Shown here in pieces: positions 1 to 9,183 of a stretch of DNA of 64,000 nucleotides. The position numbers and the translations under genes were made by a program. Source of the stretch: Nitrospirota bacterium (GTDB lineage: Bacteria; Nitrospirota; UBA9217); the NCBI GenBank assembly GCA_963663225.1, contig OY760142.1:896001-960000 (forward strand). Reading direction: 5' to 3'. Within the stretch, counting starts at the first letter, position 1, and every line of letters starts with the position of its first letter. Under the pieces are notes generated by a model. The model did no database searches, was not told where the DNA came from, and saw only the letters and a program-made list of their open reading frames with translations.

Positions 1-1110
1 ACGCGCGATCCCCGGCACATTGCCCAAAAAGCGGAAGCATACCTCAAGTCGTCCGGTATCGGCGACACATGCTACATGGGCCCCGAAGCGGAGTTCTTCA
101 TTTTTGACGATGTCCGCTTTGACCAGAATGCTCATGCAGGCTTTTATTATGTTGACAGCGTCGAAGGCATTTGGAACAGCGGCAAGGAAGAAAATCCGAA
201 TCTCGGCTACAAACCCCGCCACAAGGAAGGTTATTTCCCGGTGCCGCCCGTAGACAGCCAGGAAGACATCCGGACCGAAATGGTCGAAGAAATGCAGAAA
301 GTCGGCATCTATATTGAACGGCAGCACCATGAGGTCGCAACTGCCGGCCAGGCGGAAATCGACATGCGCTTCAACTCCCTGGTCAAGGTGGCGGACCAGC
401 TGATGTATTTTAAATATATCATCAAGAATGTTGCGAAGCGCCACAATAAAACCGTAACCTTCATGCCCAAACCGATCTTCGGCGACAACGGGTCCGGCAT
501 GCATGTGCATCAGTCCATCTGGAAAGCCGGCAAACCGTTGTTCCATGGCGACGGCTATGCAGGCCTGTCGCAGCTTGCGCTCCATTATATCGGCGGCATC
601 CTGAAGCATGCCAAAGTGCTCGCGGCCTTCACAAACCCGACTACCAATTCGTACAAGCGGCTGACTCCCGGCTTCGAAGCCCCGGTGAATCTCGCATATT
701 CGAGCAGAAACCGCTCTGCGTCCGTCCGCATCCCCATGTACAGCGCAAGCCCCAAAGCAAAACGCGCTGAAGTCAGGTTCCCGGATCCCTCCTGCAACCC
801 TTATCTTGCATTTGCAGCGATGCTCATGGCAGGACTCGATGGCATCGAAAACAAGATTGATCCGGGTCAACCGCTCGACAAGGACATCTATGATCTGGCA
901 CCGGAAGAACTGGCAAGCGTACCGACCATGCCGGCATCCCTCGATGAAGCGCTCGACAATCTCGAAGCAGACCACAACTGGCTGCTCAAAGGCGATGTTT
1001 TCACCAAGGACGCCATAGAAACCTGGATCAGCTACAAGCGGTCCAAGGAAGTTGACGCGCTCCGCCTGCGGCCCCATCCCTATGAGTTCTTCCTGTATTA
1101 CGATATCTAA
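1..1110 (+). CDS. glnA: Glutamine synthetase type I (5'-truncated by window edge)
   Basis: Frame open from base 1 ([14 protein letters not shown]...). GS-I motifs [40 protein letters not shown] and adenylylation-site region KDIYDL. Confidence 0.97.
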   Translation, partial: TRDPRHIAQKAEAYLKSSGIGDTCYMGPEAEFFIFDDVRFDQNAHAGFYYVDSVEGIWNSGKEENPNLGYKPRHKEGYFPVPPVDSQEDIRTEMVEEMQKVGIYIERQHHEVATAGQAEIDMRFNSLVKVADQLMYFKYIIKNVAKRHNKTVTFMPKPIFGDNGSGMHVHQSIWKAGKPLFHGDGYAGLSQLALHYIGGILKHAKVLAAFTNPTTNSYKRLTPGFEAPVNLAYSSRNRSASVRIPMYSASPKAKRAEVRFPDPSCNPYLAFAAMLMAGLDGIENKIDPGQPLDKDIYDLAPEELASVPTMPASLDEALDNLEADHNWLLKGDVFTKDAIETWISYKRSKEVDALRLRPHPYEFFLYYDI

Positions 1111-1130
1111 ATAATCATGAACCAGCGACG

Positions 1131-1164
1131 GCCGGAACCTGCAACCAAGGTTCCGGCTTTTTTT
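1131..1164 (+). terminator. Rho-independent terminator of glnA
   Basis: GCCGGAACCT-gcaacca-AGGTTCCGGC perfect 10-bp stem followed by T7. Confidence 0.88.
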
Positions 1165-1225
1165 GTTCTGAAAACCAACGCTGCAATCGACAGATGTCGA
1201 CATGACCGATAAAACGGCTTCCTGA

Positions 1226-1254
1226 TTGACAAGTAGAAAGGGTTTTGTTACAGT
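1226..1254 (+). promoter_or_regulatory. Sigma70-type promoter of pfp
   Basis: TTGACA-17 bp-TACAGT upstream of AGGAGG RBS and ATG 1303. Confidence 0.65.
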
Positions 1255-1302
1255 TGCTCGTGTAAAATATAAATTACCGCAAGCTTTTATCAGGAGGAAA
1301 TC

Positions 1303-2538
1303 ATGGCGGAGAAACTTGCAATAGTCGTCGGCGGAGGCCCGGCCCCGGGTATAAACGGTGTTATCAGCGCAGTCACATTCGAAGCGATCAAACAGGGACT
1401 TGAAGTCACCGGCATTCTGGATGGTTTCAAGTGGCTGTCGCAAGGCGACGCATCGCATGTTGTCCCGCTCAATAACGCGGACATATCGCGCATCCACCTG
1501 CGGGGAGGATCCATCCTCGGCACGGCGCGTGAAAACCCCACGAAAAATCCTGAAAAAATGGCCAATGTGCTCAAGGTGCTTTCACAGCTCGGAGTCCGGT
1601 ATCTGGTGACGATCGGCGGTGATGATACTGCCTACACGGCCACGCGGGTCGAGCAGGAGGCCGGCGGCAAAATTGCCGTTTGCCACGTCCCAAAAACAAT
1701 TGACAACGACCTTCCGCTCCCTCACGGAGTTCCGACATTTGGTTTTGAGACCGCGCGTCAGCTCGGATCACAGCTGGTTGAGAACATCATGGAAGACGCA
1801 CGTACCGCCGGCAGATGGTATTTCATCATTGCGATGGGACGATCGGCCGGTCATCTGGCACTCGGAATGGGCATGGGTGCCGGCGCCACGCTGACGTTGA
1901 TCCCTGAAGAACTTGGTGAAAAAATATCCCTGAACAAAGTTCTTGCCATACTCACGGGTGCCATCATCAAGCGTCGTGCGGACGGAAAAAACCACGGGGT
2001 GGCGGTTATTGCCGAGGGCGTGGCCACGCGGTTTGATCCAGAGGAGCTGACATTCCTGAAAGACGTTCCGCTGGACGATCATGGCAATATCCGGCTGGCT
2101 GAGGTTCCGCTGGGAGACATGCTGAAGCAGCGGGTCACCGACGAGCTGAATGCGCTCGGTTTGAAAGGAACGATTATTGCCAAGGATATCGGCTACGAAC
2201 TGCGCTGCCATCCTCCCATTTCGTACGACCGCGAGTATACGCGGTATCTCGGGTACAGCGCGGTAAAATTTCTGGTCTCAGGCGGAACCGGCGCCATGAT
2301 CATGCTGAAAGACGGAAAGAGCCTCCCAATCAAGTTTTCCGACCTGCTTGATCCCAAAACGAAGAAAACAAGGATCCGCACGGTGGACATTACCGCTGAT
2401 GATTATCATATGGCGAGGCGGTATATGATCCGCCTTGAGAAAAATGATATGGAAGGCGAGGCACTGGAAAAATTGGCGGCCACTGCAAAGTTGAGCCCTG
2501 AAGCATTTAAGAAAAAATTCATGGTCGCAGTGGTATAA
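1303..2538 (+). CDS. pfp: Pyrophosphate-dependent 6-phosphofructokinase
   Basis: PFK family (GGGPAPG, PKTIDND, MGR, GYELR). GGDD motif (Asp) is the PPi-specificity signature. Confidence 0.88.
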   Translation: MAEKLAIVVGGGPAPGINGVISAVTFEAIKQGLEVTGILDGFKWLSQGDASHVVPLNNADISRIHLRGGSILGTARENPTKNPEKMANVLKVLSQLGVRYLVTIGGDDTAYTATRVEQEAGGKIAVCHVPKTIDNDLPLPHGVPTFGFETARQLGSQLVENIMEDARTAGRWYFIIAMGRSAGHLALGMGMGAGATLTLIPEELGEKISLNKVLAILTGAIIKRRADGKNHGVAVIAEGVATRFDPEELTFLKDVPLDDHGNIRLAEVPLGDMLKQRVTDELNALGLKGTIIAKDIGYELRCHPPISYDREYTRYLGYSAVKFLVSGGTGAMIMLKDGKSLPIKFSDLLDPKTKKTRIRTVDITADDYHMARRYMIRLEKNDMEGEALEKLAATAKLSPEAFKKKFMVAVV

Positions 2539-2554
2539 GAAAAACACAGTTTCC

Positions 2555-2591
2555 AAAAAAAGGGAACGGCACAGGTGCCGCTCCCTTTTTT
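2555..2591. terminator. Bidirectional terminator between convergent genes
   Basis: AAAAAAAGGGAACGGCAC-ag-GTGCCGCTCCCTTTTTT: stem flanked by A- and T-runs. Confidence 0.8.
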
Positions 2592-2621
2592 ATTTCCGAG
2601 CCGGATACAGGGTTTTCGGAT

Positions 2622-2906
2622 TTACAGCGGTATTTTTTTTTCGCGGGCTATATTGCGGAGAACGATCAGCGCGCTGTGAAGCCGCTGAAGCTTCATGTTC
2701 CTTTGACGAAGAGCGACTGTATCGGTGAAGGACATTTTTTCGTTCCGGATGCTGGTCATACCCTTGTTGATGTTCTCATACAACCCTTTGATCATGTCCT
2801 TGTCGAATTTCTTTACGAAAAGCGGATTCACGGTAACATAGCCTTCCGCCACATCCGTGGTTATCGCTTTCAAACTCTTGCCTCTAAACCCGCCTTCTTC
2901 CGCCAT
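2622..2906 (-). CDS. Hypothetical protein (94 aa)
   Basis: GGAG RBS upstream, coding-like composition, 25 bp downstream of the HAMP gene; no recognisable motif. Confidence 0.75.
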   Translation of the reverse strand: MAEEGGFRGKSLKAITTDVAEGYVTVNPLFVKKFDKDMIKGLYENINKGMTSIRNEKMSFTDTVALRQRNMKLQRLHSALIVLRNIAREKKIPL

Positions 2907-2931
2907 AGCGCGCGCTCTCCTGACTGCAGAA

Positions 2932-3486
2932 TCATACCTTGCAGAGTGATTTGATCATCTTCTCCATCTCGTCCTGCCTCTTGTGCAGTTCATTGAGGTG
3001 TTTCTCAATATCGGATTTGGGAGCATCGAGACGAATCATCTCCTGAAGCACAACCACATCCTTGAAGAGATCCCTGAGTGATTCCCGCAGCACCGCACTG
3101 GAATTGCGGCTGTGTTCGCACAATGCGGATATTTCCCGGGCAATCTCCTTGAGCATGGGATCGTCCGTCTCGCGAAGACGCAGATTCATGCTCATTTCTC
3201 CCTCCGCCAGTTGCTGAAGCGTCCGGCGTATCCTCAGCAGAGGGCCAACGATGGTATGGGAATATGCGGCACCGATAATGCCGATAAAAACAAGGAGCGT
3301 AACCAGCGCAATCGGCAGAAACACCGGAAAGTCCACAAATTCAGCAAGTTTTTGAAAAACCTTCAGAAGCAGGGTGAATACTCCGAGAACAATAAGGAGG
3401 AAAATAATAAAGCGGTATTGCGGACCTGCCACGCTCAAATAGCCTTTGTTTCTACCGAGGACGACTCTTTTTCCTGTCTGCTGCAT
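2932..3486 (-). CDS. Two-TM HAMP-domain membrane protein
   Basis: Two hydrophobic helices, then HAMP-like SHTIVGPLLRI..LQQLAEG..LRLRETD and a coiled-coil tail. Confidence 0.75.
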   Translation of the reverse strand: MQQTGKRVVLGRNKGYLSVAGPQYRFIIFLLIVLGVFTLLLKVFQKLAEFVDFPVFLPIALVTLLVFIGIIGAAYSHTIVGPLLRIRRTLQQLAEGEMSMNLRLRETDDPMLKEIAREISALCEHSRNSSAVLRESLRDLFKDVVVLQEMIRLDAPKSDIEKHLNELHKRQDEMEKMIKSLCKV

Positions 3487-3665
3487 ACGGATTCGGCACC
3501 CTGACTACGTCTTCGCGCTTGAAAAAAATCGACCATTTGAAACTACCTGTTGAAATTATACTGGCAAATACACAGCCGGTCAAGGTCATACTTATGTTAT
3601 ATGAGTGAATGCATTTTCTTGAAAAACTGGTTATTTTACTGAATTTTTTGTTTTTTTTTGACAGA

Positions 3666-3752
3666 GGAGTCCCCTCCGGCAGGAACCGGAGACTCCCATG
3701 ATGAACACGACATCCTCCCGGCGAGAGCCGGGATTTCTCTGATGCAGGGATT
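3666..3752 (+). ncRNA. Putative structured ncRNA, copy 1 of a two-copy family
   Basis: Hairpin GGAGUC..UCCGG-CAGGAA-CCGGA-GACUCC, hairpin UCCCGGC-GAGA-GCCGGGA and 3' GCAGGGAUU. Homologous to 61621-61728 with a compensatory pair. Confidence 0.55.
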
Positions 3753-3778
3753 AATTCAAAATAATACAACAATATGCC

Positions 3779-3813
3779 TTGAAGTACCCCTACCCTTGTG
3801 GTAAATTTCTCCT
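3779..3813 (+). promoter_or_regulatory. Probable leaderless promoter of moaA
   Basis: TTGAAG-17 bp-TAAATT (TG-extended), then 6 nt, then ATG; no Shine-Dalgarno. Confidence 0.5.
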
Positions 3814-4812
3814 ATGTCTCTCCAGGACCCGTTTAAACGAAGCATAGATTATTTGAGGATTTCGGTCACCGACCGGTGCAATCTTTCCTGTTTCTACTGC
3901 AAACCGCTCACAGAGATAAAACCTCTGTCCCATTATGATATTCTTACCTATGAAGAAATTCTTCGGCTGGTCTCCGTGGCAGTGCCTCTCGGCATATCCC
4001 GCGTTCGGGTGACAGGCGGCGAGCCGCTGGTACGGCTCGGTGTCGTTGATTTCATCGCTTCGCTCAAAAAAAACCCCGGTCTTAAGGACATCAGTCTCAC
4101 GACAAACGGCCTCCTGCTTGAAGAAACAGCGGGCAAACTTCTTGCGGCCGGAAAACCCCGGATCAATATCAGCCTTGATTCCCTCAAACGGGAACGGTTC
4201 CATCGGATCACCGGCAAAGACTGCTGGGACGCAGTCTGGAAGGGAATCTCCCGGCTGGAGCAGCTCGGCTTCTTTCCCATAAAAATCAACATGGTCCCTA
4301 TCAAAGGATTAAACGACGACGAAGTCGTCGATTTCGCCAGGCTTACGCTCGACCGCAAGCTCCACGTCCGGTTCATTGAATTCATGCCAATAGGCGCAAA
4401 CGACCGGTGGAATCAGGACAAGTGTTTTCCTGCAGACAGCATCCGGGCTGTCATCGAACAAAAGCTCGGCAAACTCATTCCTTTTTCCTCCTCCTCGACA
4501 GCCGGTCCGGCAAACAACTATCAGCTGTCCGGCGCGCAGGGAGTAGTCGGATTCATCAGCCCCGTCAGCAGGCATTTTTGTGATTCCTGCAGACGACTCA
4601 GGTTGACCGCCGACGGCAAGATCCGTCCTTGCCTTTTGTCGGATACGGAAATAGACATCAAATCCCCGATGCGTGGCGGATGCGATGACAAGGAGTTGGA
4701 GCGGCTCATTAGACTTTCGCTTGAGATCAAACCGGAACGGCACTACATCGGCGCTGTCGGAGAGATGGGTACCGGATGCTCCCGCCGCACCATGTCTCAA
4801 ATAGGCGGATGA
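3814..4812 (+). CDS. moaA: GTP 3',8-cyclase MoaA (radical SAM)
   Basis: YLRISVTDRCNLSCFYC, TGGEPL, C-terminal FCDSCRRLRLTADG..PCL and terminal GG. Confidence 0.96.
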   Translation: MSLQDPFKRSIDYLRISVTDRCNLSCFYCKPLTEIKPLSHYDILTYEEILRLVSVAVPLGISRVRVTGGEPLVRLGVVDFIASLKKNPGLKDISLTTNGLLLEETAGKLLAAGKPRINISLDSLKRERFHRITGKDCWDAVWKGISRLEQLGFFPIKINMVPIKGLNDDEVVDFARLTLDRKLHVRFIEFMPIGANDRWNQDKCFPADSIRAVIEQKLGKLIPFSSSSTAGPANNYQLSGAQGVVGFISPVSRHFCDSCRRLRLTADGKIRPCLLSDTEIDIKSPMRGGCDDKELERLIRLSLEIKPERHYIGAVGEMGTGCSRRTMSQIGG

Positions 4813-4877
4813 CTGCAGCTTATGCAATGATTCCGGGTCAGTATCCACAGTTTTAATCATAGAGGAGGAAGCATATC

Positions 4878-5351
4878 ATGTCGGGACTTTCTCACTTTGA
4901 CGATCAGGGCGCTGCACGCATGGTGGATGTTTCCGGCAAACAGGAAACGCTCCGGGAAGCCGTGGCTGAAAGCAACATCCTCATGAAGCCTGAAACGCTT
5001 GTATTGATTCTGGACCAGAAGCTCGCAAAAGGCGATGTGTTCGGTGTCGCCAGGGTAGCGGGCATCATGGCAGCGAAAAAAACCGCCGATATCATCCCGC
5101 TCTGTCATCCTCTGAACCTCTCGTCCGTGGACATAGCCTTTGAACCGGACATGGGAGCATCATGCGTGTACATCCGCGCGACAGTCAGGACAACGGGCAG
5201 CACCGGCGTGGAGATGGAAGCGTTGACGGCGGCGGCGGTGGCAGGACTCACCATTTACGATATGTGCAAAGCCGTTGACCGGGGCATGACCGTTACCCAT
5301 ATCCGGCTGTTGAAAAAAATGGGCGGAAAAAGCGGAACATTCGAAAGATAG
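4878..5351 (+). CDS. moaC: Cyclic pyranopterin monophosphate synthase MoaC
   Basis: [35 protein letters not shown] motifs. Confidence 0.96.
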   Translation: MSGLSHFDDQGAARMVDVSGKQETLREAVAESNILMKPETLVLILDQKLAKGDVFGVARVAGIMAAKKTADIIPLCHPLNLSSVDIAFEPDMGASCVYIRATVRTTGSTGVEMEALTAAAVAGLTIYDMCKAVDRGMTVTHIRLLKKMGGKSGTFER

Positions 5352-5536
5352 TGCCGGCGCTCGCAGCGTGCTTTCACGCAAATCATTTTTGATTCTTCTC
5401 TTCTTTTATCCTGCGGTTTTTCTTCAGTTCTGCAAAAAGCATTCAGTCTTATTGTTGCCGCATCCAACAAAAAAATTGAAAATCCACCCGAAAGGAAGTA
5501 GCATAGAGGCAGCAGAACATTGTATTCTGCTGCAAG

Positions 5537-5803
5537 GTGGATGACATGAATCAAGCGCTTCGGGAGGAAGAAAAAAGAATGAGACTGCTCAGGTTCGTTG
5601 CAGACCTGGCACAGGCAACGCTCATGCAGCAGACTGACCTGACCATGCGGGACGCTTTTGAAATCATGAAAAACACCAAGCAGGCTGCGCTGAATCTCTT
5701 TCCCGGAAAAGAAGATGTCTATGATCTGATTTATAAGCCCCGGTTCATGAGAATTATTCGTGAACGGTTTGTGATTGCGGGAGGGCCGCAGGGGAAGGGT
5801 TGA
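5537..5803 (+). CDS. Conserved-looking hypothetical protein (about 85-88 aa; ATG 5546 possible start)
   Basis: Helical small ORF with LFPGK..YDLIYKPRF..II.ER pattern; own TTGAAA-17-TAGCAT promoter upstream. Confidence 0.72.
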   Translation: MDDMNQALREEEKRMRLLRFVADLAQATLMQQTDLTMRDAFEIMKNTKQAALNLFPGKEDVYDLIYKPRFMRIIRERFVIAGGPQGKG

Positions 5804-5848
5804 TGTAATCGCCCTCTCCGAAGCAGAGCTTTGAATAGCGAAAGCTTC

Positions 5849-6544
5849 CTAGACAGGAGCTTGCAGCATACCTACAGTTGTATGGAGACGTTTCCAAAGA
5901 GTTTGCGCTATAGAGGCATCTCTCTCAAAAACCTTTTCATATTCAATTAGAGTTCCAAATGCAACAATACAAAAATTTCGTTTTTTTATGAATTCCCGAT
6001 CGTTCTCGTTGAAGCAAGTCTTATCACGATTATCAAAGCTTATACCTAAAGGTCCATTGAAAATCATAACTCCTTTATGAGGGTTCGGGTGTCTGTGTCT
6101 ACTGCTTATCAAACCACCTGTTATAATAGAAGCTGGATCAAGCCCACCCCCTAGTCCTTCTTTGCGCGCTTTTTCCTCGCCCGAGAGATCAAATACCCAA
6201 TCATCTAGCTGCCGAAGATCATCTCTACTGATGTTAGGTTGTCTCGATGATTTTACTTCCACAGCAAGTATTTCATTATTTTCTGTAGCGAAATCATACT
6301 TTATTAAGAAATCTTCTTGGTTTTGTCTCCCCTTATCAACCTTAAAACCAAATCGCCGAAATAGTAAACTCGTTCGTATTTCAAGAGTACTGCCAGTTAA
6401 ATCTTTATCCTCACCCAAGACTAAGACACCAGTTTCGGCAAGGTCGGAAAAAATAAGCTTAACTTCCTTTAGTAAGTTGTCGTATCGAGGAGGAGAACCA
6501 AGGCTTTCGATGTACTCTTTTACCCTCTTCTCTAATTCTGACAT
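5849..6544 (-). CDS. Orphan PD-(D/E)XK restriction-endonuclease-like protein, low GC
   Basis: E..QEDFLI...LAVEVKSS...LRQL pattern typical of Mrr/REase folds; AT-rich DNA and atypical codons compared with flanks. Confidence 0.6.
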   Translation of the reverse strand: MSELEKRVKEYIESLGSPPRYDNLLKEVKLIFSDLAETGVLVLGEDKDLTGSTLEIRTSLLFRRFGFKVDKGRQNQEDFLIKYDFATENNEILAVEVKSSRQPNISRDDLRQLDDWVFDLSGEEKARKEGLGGGLDPASIITGGLISSRHRHPNPHKGVMIFNGPLGISFDNRDKTCFNENDREFIKKRNFCIVAFGTLIEYEKVFERDASIAQTLWKRLHTTVGMLQAPV

Positions 6545-6609
6545 TGTAATCCTCTAAAGACAAGATTTGACCATTACTACTGGCAAACAATGACAAAACC
6601 AAATAAGAT

Positions 6610-7758
6610 TTATCTTTTCCCCACCAGTTCATAAATCGTCACCTCAGGCGGCGCGAGAAAACGGATCGGCGGTCCCCAGGTGCCGGTCCCTCGGTTTACA
6701 TGCAGAATCGACCCCTTGCCGAGATCATAGGTGCCCGCATTCCGGGGGAAGACGAGGCGCGTCACGAAGTTGAAGGGGAATATCTGCCCCTTGTGCGTGT
6801 GGCCGGACAGCTGCAGGTCGAAGAGGCCGACGGTTGATTCATCAATCCTCGGCTGGTGCTTGAGGAAAAGGACAAACCGATCGCGTGGAAGTTTCGCAAG
6901 AAGATCTCTTTCCGATATGGGACTTTCCAGTTTCAGCTGGACGGCGGTCCGGTCATCGACGCCCACAATAGTGATGGGGCCCGCGTTGACCGCTTCATTC
7001 TGAAGGATGGTAAAACCCGCTTCCTTCGTAAAAATCAGTGCCGTCCGAAGTCCGGCATAGTATTCATGATTTCCCGTTATGGCATAACTGCCGTATCTGG
7101 TTTGTATCCCGTTCAGGGCTTCGGCAAGACCCGTTAAATGGTTGATCTGCGCGTCAACCAGATCCCCCGTGGAAACAAAAATATCGGGCTTTGCAGCCCT
7201 GACGGCTTGGAGCATCTGCTCAAGCCGTTCGCTCCTGACGATCAATCCGAGATGCACGTCTGAAATCTGCACAATGGTGAGTTTGTCAATGCCGGCCGGC
7301 AGTTTTTCCGTCTTTATCCTGACTCTTTCGACGCGGATGTCCTTGGCATCAAAATAGCCTGACACACAGACGGCGATCGCAATGCCGAGACTTATGAAAA
7401 ACGATGCCCGCACAGGCAGGAGGGCCGCGGAGACATCGGAGCGGGAGAACCATCCTGCCGCGCGGATGATCAGATGGACGATATCAAGAACAATCGAGCT
7501 GCAGAAGAAAAGAAAAACAGCGGCCATCCAGAAATACGCGGCATACGCGAGCACCCTGGCGGTGCTCTCGTATTCATACTGTTCAAGAGCCCGGATCAGG
7601 AAAAAGGCAAAAACCATAAACAGCATGAATGCGGCAAGAACGATGGCAGCCGGCGGGGAAATCGCAAAAGCGCTGCGCACCCGCAAAAAAACATAGGCGT
7701 GCAGACCGCCATAAATCAATACTATTGAGAGGAAAAAAAGACTCATCTGCCGAAGCAT
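6610..7758 (-). CDS. Membrane-anchored metallophosphoesterase (YkuE/YaeI-like)
   Basis: N-terminal TM helices; SDVHLG, GDLVD, GNHE, KHQP, SGHTH motifs. Confidence 0.92.
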   Translation of the reverse strand: MLRQMSLFFLSIVLIYGGLHAYVFLRVRSAFAISPPAAIVLAAFMLFMVFAFFLIRALEQYEYESTARVLAYAAYFWMAAVFLFFCSSIVLDIVHLIIRAAGWFSRSDVSAALLPVRASFFISLGIAIAVCVSGYFDAKDIRVERVRIKTEKLPAGIDKLTIVQISDVHLGLIVRSERLEQMLQAVRAAKPDIFVSTGDLVDAQINHLTGLAEALNGIQTRYGSYAITGNHEYYAGLRTALIFTKEAGFTILQNEAVNAGPITIVGVDDRTAVQLKLESPISERDLLAKLPRDRFVLFLKHQPRIDESTVGLFDLQLSGHTHKGQIFPFNFVTRLVFPRNAGTYDLGKGSILHVNRGTGTWGPPIRFLAPPEVTIYELVGKR

Positions 7759-8822
7759 ACTCCAATGCCTTCAGCTACTTTCACCAGTTCGCCCTCCGGT
7801 TCGACGAGTTTGAGGCAGCTGATGGCGTTTTCAAGCGGTACCGACGTAATGCAGGGCGGCTGGAACGAAACCATTTCGCCGAATTTTTTCTGGGCAATGA
7901 GCTCGATCGCTGCAGCACCATACCGTGTGCCCAGAAGACGGTCCGACGCGCACGGGCTGCCGCCGCGCTGCAAGTGGCCGAGCACCGTGACCCGTGTCTC
8001 GAACCCCGTCCGCTTGCTGATCTCCGCCGCGACAATTTCACCCATTCCGCCGAGTCTGAGCGCGTATCCGTCGCTCGCTTTTTCGCGCACCGCCATTTCG
8101 CCGCCGACCGGTTTCGCGCCTTCCGCGACAACGACAATGCTGGATTTGCTTCCCGATTTTTTCCGCTCCAGAAGCCTTCCTGCGACCTTGTCCATATTGA
8201 AGGGTATTTCCGGAATCAGAATCACGTCAGCACTGCCGGACATTCCGGCTTCAAGAGCGATCCACCCCGCGTACCTCCCCATGACTTCAAGCACAATCAC
8301 CCGCTGATGGCTTTCCGCCGTGGTATGGAGCTTGTCAAGCGCGTCGGTCGCGGTATTGACCGCTGTCTGGAAACCGAAGGTCACGTACGTTGCCATAAGG
8401 TCATTGTCGATGGTTTTGGGAACGCCGATGACGGGAACCCCGAGCTGATTGAGCTTGTTTCCTATTTTGAGTGAACCATCGCCGCCGATGACGACAAGCG
8501 CATCAAGGCCCAATTCTTTAATATTGCCCAGAATCATGGGAGACATGTCTTCCTCAACTTCCCTGCCGTTGACAACGGTTTTGTATGCGAACGGATTGCC
8601 GCGGTTCGTGGTGCCGAGAATTGTCCCGCCCATAAAAAGAATGCCGCGCGTGTTCCAGGAAGTGAGCTGGCGGGTTTTAGTCGGCGTCAGCAGTCCTTCA
8701 AACCCGTCGATGATACCGACTACTTCCCAGCCATACTTGAAAATGGCGGTCTTGGTGACCGCACGGATAACTGCATTCAGACCTGGTGCATCGCCGCCGC
8801 CGGAAAGGACCCCGATTCTCAT
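7743..8822 (-). CDS. pfkA: ATP-dependent 6-phosphofructokinase
   Basis: GGGDAPGLN, GGDGS (Gly = ATP-type), PKTIDND, MGR, LGHLQRGG. Confidence 0.88.
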   Translation of the reverse strand: MRIGVLSGGGDAPGLNAVIRAVTKTAIFKYGWEVVGIIDGFEGLLTPTKTRQLTSWNTRGILFMGGTILGTTNRGNPFAYKTVVNGREVEEDMSPMILGNIKELGLDALVVIGGDGSLKIGNKLNQLGVPVIGVPKTIDNDLMATYVTFGFQTAVNTATDALDKLHTTAESHQRVIVLEVMGRYAGWIALEAGMSGSADVILIPEIPFNMDKVAGRLLERKKSGSKSSIVVVAEGAKPVGGEMAVREKASDGYALRLGGMGEIVAAEISKRTGFETRVTVLGHLQRGGSPCASDRLLGTRYGAAAIELIAQKKFGEMVSFQPPCITSVPLENAISCLKLVEPEGELVKVAEGIGVCFGR

Positions 8823-9183
8823 AAAACCTCCCTTACAGTATGGATACAGTATGGATTTGATACTGCCGCAAGCATGGAACCGGCCAGGGGACTTCGCCGT
8901 ATTCCTTTCGCCGAACGCACTGTCCGGCGTTATAAAGCCACGCCTCCTGCAATGATCTTGTTAAAGGGTAGCAGAGATGCGAGCCGCATGCAATGAAAAT
9001 TTTAATAAACGGAAAAAGCTTGACTCTGATTGTCCATGCCATATACTATACTAAATTCATGGATCGTTGCCCCGTTGACTGTTCACGGCAAAGAAGCGGC
9101 GACAACGCTTCCCTTCCAGAAGGAGAAATCATTTTGTTCATAATCCTGTTCAGTGGCTGCTGCAGGAAAGCCATACTACCCGC

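Noticed and set aside
3698-3742. 14-aa mini-ORF (MMNTTSSRREPGFL) with a GGAG upstream, inside RNA copy 1
   Set aside because: The start codons and frame are not preserved in copy 2, whereas base pairing is.
3666-3813. Moco/Wco riboswitch upstream of moaA
   Set aside because: The structure does not match the multi-stem Moco motif as I know it, a homologous copy lies next to unrelated genes, and moaA appears to have its own promoter downstream of the element.
9080-9125. c-di-GMP-I (GEMM) riboswitch in the wecB leader (GGCAAA followed by a hairpin)
   Set aside because: No GNRA tetraloop on the stem and no following GACGCAAA / tetraloop-receptor stem.
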